From: an uncultured Oscillospiraceae bacterium
GTDB taxonomy: Bacteria > Bacillota > Clostridia > Oscillospirales > Oscillospiraceae
Assembly (NCBI GenBank): GCA_944387685.1
Contig: CALXFW010000059.1
Location: forward strand, 3,761 to 67,760
DNA length: 64,000 bases
Direction of reading: 5' to 3'
The translations under genes and the position numbers were made by a program. The notes beneath the pieces are model-generated. The model worked only from the letters and a program-made list of their open reading frames with translations, was not told where the DNA came from and did not search any database. The first letter of the stretch is position 1. Each line of letters opens with the position of its first letter. Of the stretch, positions 7,900 through 15,973 are shown piece by piece.

Positions 7900-10434
7900 T
7901 CAGCCTGCCGGTCTGTTCACCCGGATCTTTCCGTTTTCCACCAGGCTTACAAACAGCTGCCCGATCTCCGGATCAAACTGGGTTCCCAGGTTTCGGCGGA
8001 TTTCCTGAACCGCTTGCTCCACGGACATGGCCTCCTTGTAGCTGCGCTTGGATATCATCGCATCAAAGGAATCCGCCAGGCACAGGCACCGGGCCCCCAC
8101 CGGGATGGCTTTCCCGGACAGCCCTCTGGGATAACCCCCTCCGTCCCACCGTTCATGGTGTCCCAAAACCGAGGGAACCACATAGTCCAAAGACGGCAGA
8201 TATTTGATCATCGAGATGGATGCCTCCACGTGCTGCTTCATGATCTCGTACTCCTCCCGGGTCAGCCGGTCCTTCTTGGACAGGATTGCCTCCGGGGTAC
8301 CGATTTTACCGATGTCGTGGAGCAGTCCGGCCTGCCGGATAATCTCCACATGCTCCGCATCCAGGCCCAGAGCCTCCGCCAAGGTGGACGCATATTCCGC
8401 CACATTGTTGGAGTGGCTGAAGGTATAGTGATCCTTTGCGTCAATGGCCGCTGTCAGCGCATAGATGGTGGAGGCACAGCTCTCTGCCAGAGCCCGCTTG
8501 GATTTCAGGCTCTTGGCCATGGCTTCATCCTTGTCCTCCCGCTGATAGACCACAATCCGGTTCTTGCCGTTGTTCTTCGCAGAATAGACTGCCATGTTGG
8601 CGTAGGTAAACAACTCATGGACATTGCCTGCATTTGTGGGATAGGAGCTGATTCCTGCGCTGAAGGTCAGGAACTTCTTCGTCCGGCTGCCGGAGTACAG
8701 AATCTCCTTGCGCATCCACTCCTGGGCGCGCTTGGCACAGTCCATAGCTGCGGATGGCGGGCACATGGGGAAGCTGATGACGAATTCCTTTCCTCCGTAC
8801 CGGGCCACCGTACCCCGCCCATGCACCAGGGTCTTCAGAGTTTCGGCGAACCGCTTGAGCACCAGGTCGCCCTCCGCCATGCCGTACAACTCATTATACA
8901 GCCGGAAATCATCCAGGTTAATCAGCATCAGGGTAATCTGGGAGTGCCGGGACAATTCAAATTCCCTGGCAATATTCTCCTGGAAATATCCCCGGTTGTA
9001 CAGATTGGTCAGGGGGTCCCGCTGCGCCTTCCGCCTGAGCTCTTCATACAGGGCTGCGTTGTTCAGCGCAATGGAGAAAACAGCGGCCGCGGACTCCAGG
9101 AAGGCCATCCCGCCGGCGGATATGCCGCTCTGCTTTTTATCCTTCTGCTCTGAGGAAATCAGGGTAATTGCCGTCAGTTCTCCGCCGCTGACCACCGGCA
9201 GGATCACCTGCACCTGCATCTCCTCCAGGCGCTTTTTCTCCTTGGACCACATGGCCCGGTAGTTTTTGGACTTGCAGAAGATCTCATAGGCAGAAGCCTC
9301 CGGGTGTTCATTCAGCCAGACAATCATGGGATGATCCGCTTCAAAGGCATCCCGGTTGGCAATGGCCATGTCCGTGGCGCCCTTCATCCGGAAATCCCCG
9401 GAGAGCCGGTTTTTCAGGAACACCCTCGCCTTTACTCCCGGGAAATTCCTCTGCAGGAAATCGCAGTACAGTGCCAGCAGCTCGTCCAGCTTCATCACCT
9501 TATTGACGGCAGTGCTGAATTCCCGCAGATTCCGCTCCTGTTCCTCCGTAGCTTTCAGCAGCACCTTCTCCATCAGGTGATAGAATACCTTATGAAGAAG
9601 CAGGGTGACCACCGTGAGCAGCACGGCAACCGCAATGGTCTGGTACTGCACAAGATTGGAAAAATACCGCTGGAAGAAGTTCTCGATGTGGTCAAACGTA
9701 TTGACCAGGAGCAGAACGGAGCAAAGCAGCGCAATGACATAAATCGGCGCGTCGCTGGCAAATCCCTGAAGCTGCACCACTCTCCGCTTGTAGAGCATAT
9801 AGTAAAGGCAAACCGCGTTGACGCTGCAGGCAAAGGTGTCAATGGGCAGGGAAACCATCTGGGGCAGCATAGCCGACACCGTCCCCAGGAACATCACGCC
9901 GACGCCGAAAAACATGGGCGTAAACTGTCCCATGGACGCATTGCCGTTTTTGCAGTTCTGAACAATCAGCTGGGCCGCCTGGAACAGGGTGATGACCGCC
10001 ATCACCACCGGAATCACTGTCCAGCCGGAGATTCCGTACTCAAACCGCCACTCCACCCCATCGTATACAACCTGTGGGTCCGTGACAAACACATTGCTCA
10101 GATTCAGGACGGAAATCACCAGCCAGGTGACCAGCAGCAGCCCCCGGATAAACCCGCCCTTGGCGTTGGTGTAGCAATAGACAAAGTTGTAGATGAAGAA
10201 GGGCACCAGGAAAATACCGGTTATGGAAATCATATACCAGAATTCCGGCCCCGGAAACAGCTTCATCCGCAAAAACAGGGAGCCCGTGGACCAGGCGGTG
10301 AACGTCAGCAGCAGACCGATAAACGCCGCAATAAGCTTGTCCTTCTTCACGCTCATCACGGTCAGCAGCAGGAAGACATTGCACACCACCGACAGGAAGG
10401 GGATCACCACAAACAGCCGTTCATTCCACGACAT
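7900..10434 (-). CDS. Membrane sensor (HisKA_7TM-like) - GAF - degenerate GGDEF - HD-GYP c-di-GMP phosphodiesterase
   Basis: About 9 hydrophobic N-terminal helices and a GAF-like segment. RDPLTNLYNR...YGGKEF marks a degenerate GGDEF; HDIGKIG, HHERWDGGGYP, ADSFDAM and RSYK are intact. Start MSWNER after GGAGG overlaps the GH3 stop. Confidence 0.9.
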   Translation of the reverse strand: MSWNERLFVVIPFLSVVCNVFLLLTVMSVKKDKLIAAFIGLLLTFTAWSTGSLFLRMKLFPGPEFWYMISITGIFLVPFFIYNFVYCYTNAKGGFIRGLLLVTWLVISVLNLSNVFVTDPQVVYDGVEWRFEYGISGWTVIPVVMAVITLFQAAQLIVQNCKNGNASMGQFTPMFFGVGVMFLGTVSAMLPQMVSLPIDTFACSVNAVCLYYMLYKRRVVQLQGFASDAPIYVIALLCSVLLLVNTFDHIENFFQRYFSNLVQYQTIAVAVLLTVVTLLLHKVFYHLMEKVLLKATEEQERNLREFSTAVNKVMKLDELLALYCDFLQRNFPGVKARVFLKNRLSGDFRMKGATDMAIANRDAFEADHPMIVWLNEHPEASAYEIFCKSKNYRAMWSKEKKRLEEMQVQVILPVVSGGELTAITLISSEQKDKKQSGISAGGMAFLESAAAVFSIALNNAALYEELRRKAQRDPLTNLYNRGYFQENIAREFELSRHSQITLMLINLDDFRLYNELYGMAEGDLVLKRFAETLKTLVHGRGTVARYGGKEFVISFPMCPPSAAMDCAKRAQEWMRKEILYSGSRTKKFLTFSAGISSYPTNAGNVHELFTYANMAVYSAKNNGKNRIVVYQREDKDEAMAKSLKSKRALAESCASTIYALTAAIDAKDHYTFSHSNNVAEYASTLAEALGLDAEHVEIIRQAGLLHDIGKIGTPEAILSKKDRLTREEYEIMKQHVEASISMIKYLPSLDYVVPSVLGHHERWDGGGYPRGLSGKAIPVGARCLCLADSFDAMISKRSYKEAMSVEQAVQEIRRNLGTQFDPEIGQLFVSLVENGKIRVNRPAG

Positions 10435-12058
10435 CCGGAACCCCTCCTCCCTGATCGTTCTGAAGCCGGAGGATTTCCAGGACTGTCTCTCTGGGGGCGC
10501 CAACCTTGGGAATCGGGCGTCCGTTCTGTCTCTGGAACTCCGCCACGCTGCCGCTGCGCAGCGTGGTAATCTCCAGAGGCTCCACATTCAGCAGCCGCTT
10601 CAGGTCATTGTAGTCCCCGTCATAAGAGCGGAAATACAGAGACAGATGATCCCGCAGCAGCTGGCGGCTCATAGCCAGGCCCTGGGCGTCGGACAGGTCC
10701 ACCTCCGCATACAGGTGGAGATAGGACCGCCCCGTCTCGTCGTACTCTTTGGTGGCAAACCAGTCGGTAATGGGCAGACGGGACATCTCAATGACCTTCT
10801 GGATTTCCCGCTGGGTAAACCGGGTAAAGCCGGCAATGTCAATCACCGACGGGACCCGGTCCACATACTCAAACTGGGGCAGGTTGATCTTGTCCGAGGG
10901 ATTGCGCAGGCGCAGGCACCGGTATACATCCCCCACGCGGTAGCGCAGGAACGCCCCGCCCTTGAGCACGGTGATGACCAGCTCATATTTCTGTCCCGCC
11001 ACTAGCTCGTTCATCAGATAGGTTCTGGGCGTATAGGAGGGCTCTTCCATCTCCCGGTACAATTCCATTTCCGGGATGAACTCATAGAAGCAGGCGTCCG
11101 GGAACAGCACCAGGCCGTTCTTGCTCCAAGTCTCCGTTCCCATGCAGGAGGGCTCGGTGCCTCCCGCAATTTCCAGCGGACGGATGCCCCAGGCTTCCTC
11201 CAGTTCGTTTTTATACAAGGCGGTATCCGTGCCCACGCAGACAAATCCCTTCAGATGGAACAGGTCCTTGGGCTTCAGCTCCGTGCCGTCTCGCTTCTGG
11301 CGGTATCTGGCAGACAGCAGCCGCCAGATCATCTTGGGATGGGTGGTCAGGATATCCTTCAGCCCCACCTTGCTGTCGCTTCCCTTTGCCAGCATATTCA
11401 GGCTTCTGGTGGCTCCGTACAGAATGCTGCTCATGCCGAAGAAGAGGTCCATGTCATGCTTGGCGGCCATTTTATAGCCCACCCGCATCTGCTGGCCGAA
11501 GGACATTTTCCGTGCCTCCCGCACGGAGGGCATGAACCGCAGATCAATTTCCGAGCTGATCAGGTCCGGGAACATACCGGTGGCATAGGGCAGCGGCGCA
11601 AGGCTGTAAAGCACCCGCATACCGGGCCAGACATTAAACTGGTTCCGTCCGGTGCTGGTGGCCAGCAGCATGGCGCCCAGAATGTTGGTCTTGTATGTCT
11701 CCAACATTGCCTCCGTATAGGGTGCGCGCTTGGAGGGGAAGTCTCCCCCCTCCCAGGTGGTATGCAGCCACAGCACCGGCTTTTCCGGCAGCATTTCCTC
11801 CTTCTGGGGCAGAAGCACATCCGCGTAATCCTCGAACCGGGTCAGCGGTACCATCTCCCGGAACTCCTCCACAGAGTGGGGAACGCCCTTTCGGAAGAAC
11901 CGCTGGCCAAGCTGGCAGCCCGCCATCAGCTCCACCTGCTCCATCAGCAGACGTTTCTGGATTTCCATATACTCCTGCATGGACAAGTCCAAAAAGCCGC
12001 AATACTCCTGCCAGATCTCGCTGGCAGAACACTTCTTCAGCTTTTCCTCAAACGTCAT
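10421..12058 (-). CDS. GH3-family acyl-acid amido synthetase-like protein (adenylate-forming)
   Basis: VPLTRFEDY, FYEFIP, GQKYELVIT..GG.LRYRVGD and VIDIAG motifs match the GH3 auxin-responsive family. Confidence 0.85.
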   Translation of the reverse strand: MTFEEKLKKCSASEIWQEYCGFLDLSMQEYMEIQKRLLMEQVELMAGCQLGQRFFRKGVPHSVEEFREMVPLTRFEDYADVLLPQKEEMLPEKPVLWLHTTWEGGDFPSKRAPYTEAMLETYKTNILGAMLLATSTGRNQFNVWPGMRVLYSLAPLPYATGMFPDLISSEIDLRFMPSVREARKMSFGQQMRVGYKMAAKHDMDLFFGMSSILYGATRSLNMLAKGSDSKVGLKDILTTHPKMIWRLLSARYRQKRDGTELKPKDLFHLKGFVCVGTDTALYKNELEEAWGIRPLEIAGGTEPSCMGTETWSKNGLVLFPDACFYEFIPEMELYREMEEPSYTPRTYLMNELVAGQKYELVITVLKGGAFLRYRVGDVYRCLRLRNPSDKINLPQFEYVDRVPSVIDIAGFTRFTQREIQKVIEMSRLPITDWFATKEYDETGRSYLHLYAEVDLSDAQGLAMSRQLLRDHLSLYFRSYDGDYNDLKRLLNVEPLEITTLRSGSVAEFQRQNGRPIPKVGAPRETVLEILRLQNDQGGGVPDVVE

Positions 12059-12092
12059 TCCGCTTCCCCCTCTGTCTGTCTCGGAAGAAATT

Positions 12093-12662
12093 CTATCTTC
12101 TTTCTATACTGCGCCGGATGCTGTCCCGGGTGGGCAGCAGAAACGGCGTCCTCTTCTGATACTCCAAATAGTCCGCAATGCTGCGGGGAAAAACCTGCTG
12201 GTCCTGCCACCAGGCATACACACCGTCCGCCGCCGTGAACAAAACCGCTGCCAAAAACCAGTCCCATCCCCCGAATGTCAGCCACAGGAAGCCGTAAAAG
12301 CCCCCCAGCCAGAGCACCCCGGGGTGTCGGCACAGGGCGTAGACGCCGGTGGATACCAGCGGGCGCTTCTGACCGGGCGCCGGCGGCAATGCGCTGCTGC
12401 CGCACTGGTGCAAAATTCCGGCCACAGAGTAGACCAGCAGTCCCAGCATCCCCAGCGCCGGAACCAGGAACAGAACCCGGCCGCCGTTCCAACCCGGGAA
12501 ACCGGTTCTTCCCAGCATACCGGCGGTGACCGCCGCCAGGAGTACACAGCCTGCGGGGAACAAGGCCCCGGCTTTGGAGTTCCCCCGGATTACGCACAGC
12601 CAGTCGGACAGGGCCATGCACCCAAAGGAAGCCACCCCCGCCGCCAAAAGCACCGGCGTCAT
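12093..12662 (-). CDS. ICMT/PEMT-like integral membrane SAM methyltransferase
   Basis: 4-5 TM helices, LVSTGVYALCRHP motif and C-terminal Y.EYQKRTPFLLP. ATGA overlap with degV. Confidence 0.75.
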   Translation of the reverse strand: MTPVLLAAGVASFGCMALSDWLCVIRGNSKAGALFPAGCVLLAAVTAGMLGRTGFPGWNGGRVLFLVPALGMLGLLVYSVAGILHQCGSSALPPAPGQKRPLVSTGVYALCRHPGVLWLGGFYGFLWLTFGGWDWFLAAVLFTAADGVYAWWQDQQVFPRSIADYLEYQKRTPFLLPTRDSIRRSIERR

Positions 12663-13504
12663 GCTTCCATAAAGGCGATTCCCAGGGCGCCTGCCCCGGT
12701 ATAAACGCCGATCACCGAGCCTACCCAGCCGATCTGGATTCTGGCCAGGGGGTCAATCCGAAACAGGCGCTCCTTCACTTCCTGCGCCAGCTCCGGCCTG
12801 TCGGCGTGGAAGACAAATACCTCTCCGCCGAACTTTGCCTTTGTCTCATACAGGGAAATTACCCGCTCCAGTCCGTTGCGGTAGCCGCGTACAATCCCGA
12901 TATCCCGGACCAGGCCGTCACGGAACATCAGAATGGGCTTCACCCCCAGAAGGTCTGCCGCCAGAACCCGAATGGCGCCGACCCGTCCGCCCTTTTTGGC
13001 ATATTCCAGGGTTTCCATTACGAAATACACGCCCACCTTCTGGCGAATCCGTTCCAGCTCCGCCACAATCTGCTGCACATTTTTCCCTTCCCGGGCCATG
13101 CGGCAGGCTTCCTTCACCAGAATACCCATGCCGAAGGAGATCTCCAGCGTATCATAAATCGTGATGGGAATAGGGAAATTCTGATCCATCATCAGCTGCC
13201 GGGCAGCGCAGGCTGTGCTGTAGGCGCCGGACATTTTGCTGGTAAGGCTGATGCAGAGAATTTCGTCACATTCTCCCACCGAGGCAAACGCCTGCATATA
13301 CTGCTCCAGATTGGGATGCGCCGTGGTAGGCAGCGCCTGGCAGAAGGGCAGCCTGCGGTAAAACTCCTGGGCATCGATATCCACGGTATTGCGATACTGC
13401 TCCTGGGGAGAAAAGACCACAATATCCGGAATCAGGGTCAGTCCGCACTGCCGTGCCATTTCCGGCGTCAGGTCGCAGGCCGAATTGGCCAGAATTTTAA
13501 CCAT
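12659..13504 (-). CDS. degV: DegV/FakB fatty-acid-binding protein
   Basis: KILANSACDL, PTTAHP, SLTSKMSGAYS, LEYAKKGGRVG, LGVKPIL and VIGVYTG motifs. Start MVKIL after GGAGGAGG. Confidence 0.9.
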   Translation of the reverse strand: MVKILANSACDLTPEMARQCGLTLIPDIVVFSPQEQYRNTVDIDAQEFYRRLPFCQALPTTAHPNLEQYMQAFASVGECDEILCISLTSKMSGAYSTACAARQLMMDQNFPIPITIYDTLEISFGMGILVKEACRMAREGKNVQQIVAELERIRQKVGVYFVMETLEYAKKGGRVGAIRVLAADLLGVKPILMFRDGLVRDIGIVRGYRNGLERVISLYETKAKFGGEVFVFHADRPELAQEVKERLFRIDPLARIQIGWVGSVIGVYTGAGALGIAFMEA

Positions 13505-13631
13505 GTTTGTTTCCTCCTCCGGGGTGCATCCGCAAAATTCAAAGGCCCCCGCCTTGTGTTGTCGCGGAAGGTATCCCTCCATAACGACAGGCAGAGGCCA
13601 AAAAATTACAATTTGTTCTCATTTTTGTTAC

Positions 13632-13660
13632 ATTTTAACAGATGGGAAAAGGGATGTCAA
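13632..13660 (-). promoter_or_regulatory. sigmaA promoter of the degV operon
   Basis: TTGACA-17-TAAAAT with a TG extension, implying a 5' leader of about 120 nt. Confidence 0.75.
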
Positions 13661-13807
13661 GGACGCCCACAGAATTTTACGGAAATTTTTCCCGCCGGGG
13701 AAACCCAACGCTCTCTGCACTGTCCGCGCAGGCCCTGGGCACGGCATCCGCTCCGAATCTGCCTCACGTTTTCCCGCCAAAAACGTCCGGGAAATCCCTG
13801 CAAAGAC

Positions 13808-13836
13808 TTGTATATTTTTTCTATCTGTGGTATCAT
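13808..13836 (+). promoter_or_regulatory. sigmaA promoter of the EAL gene
   Basis: TTGTAT-17-TATCAT with a TG extension. Confidence 0.6.
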
Positions 13837-13915
13837 CAAAGAAACTTTGACTGATTTCGCCGGAATCCGACCAACCGGAGAAAAATCCGCGAAATCTGAG
13901 GTGGGATCAATTGCT

Positions 13916-15847
13916 ATGACAAAGTGGTCATTGCTCGCCGAACTGATGTCCCTGTCCATGCTCTTGCTGATGTTCCTGTACTATCACGAGAGAAAGACGG
14001 CGTTTTCCTTCCGCCGGCGGGTGTTTTATTGGATATTCGGGCTGTCCATATCCTCAATCCTGGTGAATATTGTCTGCGTGTACACCATCGTCCACTATGA
14101 CCGGGTCCCGGTGGCGCTGAATCAGCTGCTGAACACGCTGTACTTCATTCTGGTTCTGCTTGTGAGCAGCACCATCGCCCTGTATATTTTCGACCTGATT
14201 CTGGAGCACGTCTACCGGAAGGACTGCTACAAGAAAGCGGTCATCGGCATTGCCGTTCTTACCGCCGCATATCTGATCATCGCACTGACCAACGTCTGGA
14301 CCGGTGCTCTGTTCTACTTCACGGAGGACGGTCACTATGCCCGGGGGCCGCTGAACCGGCTGGGGTACGTCATTTTGGGGCTGGAGCTGGTGATGGTGCT
14401 GCTGTGCTATTTCCGCAACCGGGCAGCCATTCCCCAGAAAGTGGTCAGGGTTATCCACACGCTTCCTCCGGTGGTAGCTGCTCTGGCCTGTTTTCAGTTC
14501 TTCTACCCGGAAATTCTGTTCAACGGAACCATCACCACCGTGGTGGCGTTTATCCTGTACAGCAATTTCCAGACCTGTCAGGTGGAGGAGGACTATCTCA
14601 CCCATCTGGGAAACCGGAAGGCCTTTATCAGCGATATTACGCTCAAAATCCGGAGCGAGCAGCCGTTTCAGATTGTTTCCGTCTCTGTGCGGCACTTCAG
14701 CGAAATCAATCAGAAGTTCGACCATGCCTTCGGCGATGACCTGCTGTTCAACATCGGCAAATGGCTGGAGGGGCTGCCGGGGCACTATCGTACCTACCGG
14801 TATTCCGGCGTTTCCTTCGCCGTGATCTTCCCCTATCAGGACGCTGCGGAAGCGGAGGTCCGGGTACAGGAAATCCATCAGCGCTTTTCCCAGCCCTGGT
14901 ACTGCAAAAACATCCCCTGCAAGCTTACGGCCTGCACCTGCGATGTGGTCTGGAATGGCCAGCTGTGGACCTCCAATACCGTTATGGAATATCTGGAGAT
15001 CATGGTGGAGATGTCCAAGGCCGGTGGAAATCCCCTGATCCGCTTCAACAACGCCATCGCCGTATCCATTGAGCGGGAAAAATACCTGGAAGCGGTCCTC
15101 CGTTCTTCCTTGAAGGAAGATCGGTTCACCATCGTGCTGCAGCCTTTGTTCCACTGCAGAAAGCGGATGTTCTGCTGCGGTGAAGCCCTGATCCGGCTCA
15201 ACGATTATGACGGCACCCCCATTCCCGCCGGGGAATTCATTCCCATTGCGGAAAAGGTGGGTCTCATTGATGAAATCAGCTGGGTGGTTCTGGATCGGGT
15301 TTGCCGGTTCCTGGCAAACCACCGGGATCTGCCTCTGGAATCCGTATCCATCAACCTGTCCATGCAGCAGTTTCAGGACCCGTCGCTGCTGCCCCGGATA
15401 GAGACCTGCCTTCAGCGCTACAGCGTCCCCAGGGGAAAGCTGAAAATCGAAATCACCGAGCGGGTGATCTTCCAGGACCTGGCCTACGTTCGGGATATTA
15501 TGGAGCAGCTGAGCCGCCATGGAATCGGCTTTTATCTGGACGACTTCGGCACGGGCTACTCCAACTTCTCCGTGGTGATGCGTCTGCCCTTTGAGTGCAT
15601 CAAGCTGGACAGGAGTCTTCTGTCGCAGCTGATTGAAAACCAGAACAGCAAGGAAATTGTCCGGGACATCATCTCCCTGTTCCACAACAGCGGCTTCCGG
15701 GTTGCCTGTGAGGGCATCGAGACTGCGGCTCAGTCCGACATAGTCACTGCCCTGGGCACGGACCTGATACAGGGCTTCTATCACGCCAGACCCATGGAGC
15801 CGGAGGCGTTTGCGGAGTTTATCTCCGGATACCGCCCCCAGCCATAG
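13916..15847 (+). CDS. Membrane (6-7 TM) - degenerate GGDEF - EAL c-di-GMP phosphodiesterase
   Basis: Start MTKWSL after GAGGTG. DYLTHLGNR...YSGVSF marks a degenerate GGDEF; EAL, SINLS, EITE, DDFGTGYS, KLDR, EGIE and QG are intact. Confidence 0.9.
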   Translation: MTKWSLLAELMSLSMLLLMFLYYHERKTAFSFRRRVFYWIFGLSISSILVNIVCVYTIVHYDRVPVALNQLLNTLYFILVLLVSSTIALYIFDLILEHVYRKDCYKKAVIGIAVLTAAYLIIALTNVWTGALFYFTEDGHYARGPLNRLGYVILGLELVMVLLCYFRNRAAIPQKVVRVIHTLPPVVAALACFQFFYPEILFNGTITTVVAFILYSNFQTCQVEEDYLTHLGNRKAFISDITLKIRSEQPFQIVSVSVRHFSEINQKFDHAFGDDLLFNIGKWLEGLPGHYRTYRYSGVSFAVIFPYQDAAEAEVRVQEIHQRFSQPWYCKNIPCKLTACTCDVVWNGQLWTSNTVMEYLEIMVEMSKAGGNPLIRFNNAIAVSIEREKYLEAVLRSSLKEDRFTIVLQPLFHCRKRMFCCGEALIRLNDYDGTPIPAGEFIPIAEKVGLIDEISWVVLDRVCRFLANHRDLPLESVSINLSMQQFQDPSLLPRIETCLQRYSVPRGKLKIEITERVIFQDLAYVRDIMEQLSRHGIGFYLDDFGTGYSNFSVVMRLPFECIKLDRSLLSQLIENQNSKEIVRDIISLFHNSGFRVACEGIETAAQSDIVTALGTDLIQGFYHARPMEPEAFAEFISGYRPQP

Positions 15848-15856
15848 CCAGTCAGC

Positions 15857-15897
15857 ACAGGACGCGCCCTCCCTGGGGAGAGCGCGTCCTGTTTTTT
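15857..15897 (+). terminator. Rho-independent terminator
   Basis: ACAGGACGCGC...GCGCGTCCTGT followed by a T tract. Confidence 0.85.
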
Positions 15898-15973
15898 GTT
15901 TGAAAAACAGTTGTGCCATTTGTCCGGTTTTGGTATACTGAAAGAAACACTGAACTGAAACGGAGTGCGCAGT

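Noticed and set aside
12806-13915. 370-aa N-terminal extension of the EAL ORF in the track
   Set aside because: It is antisense to degV and crosses both promoters; the RBS and membrane domain begin at 13916.
13505-13915. c-di-GMP-I/II riboswitch in the spacer between the c-di-GMP genes
   Set aside because: I could not find the characteristic stem and tetraloop/receptor or kink-turn patterns; an Rfam scan would settle it.
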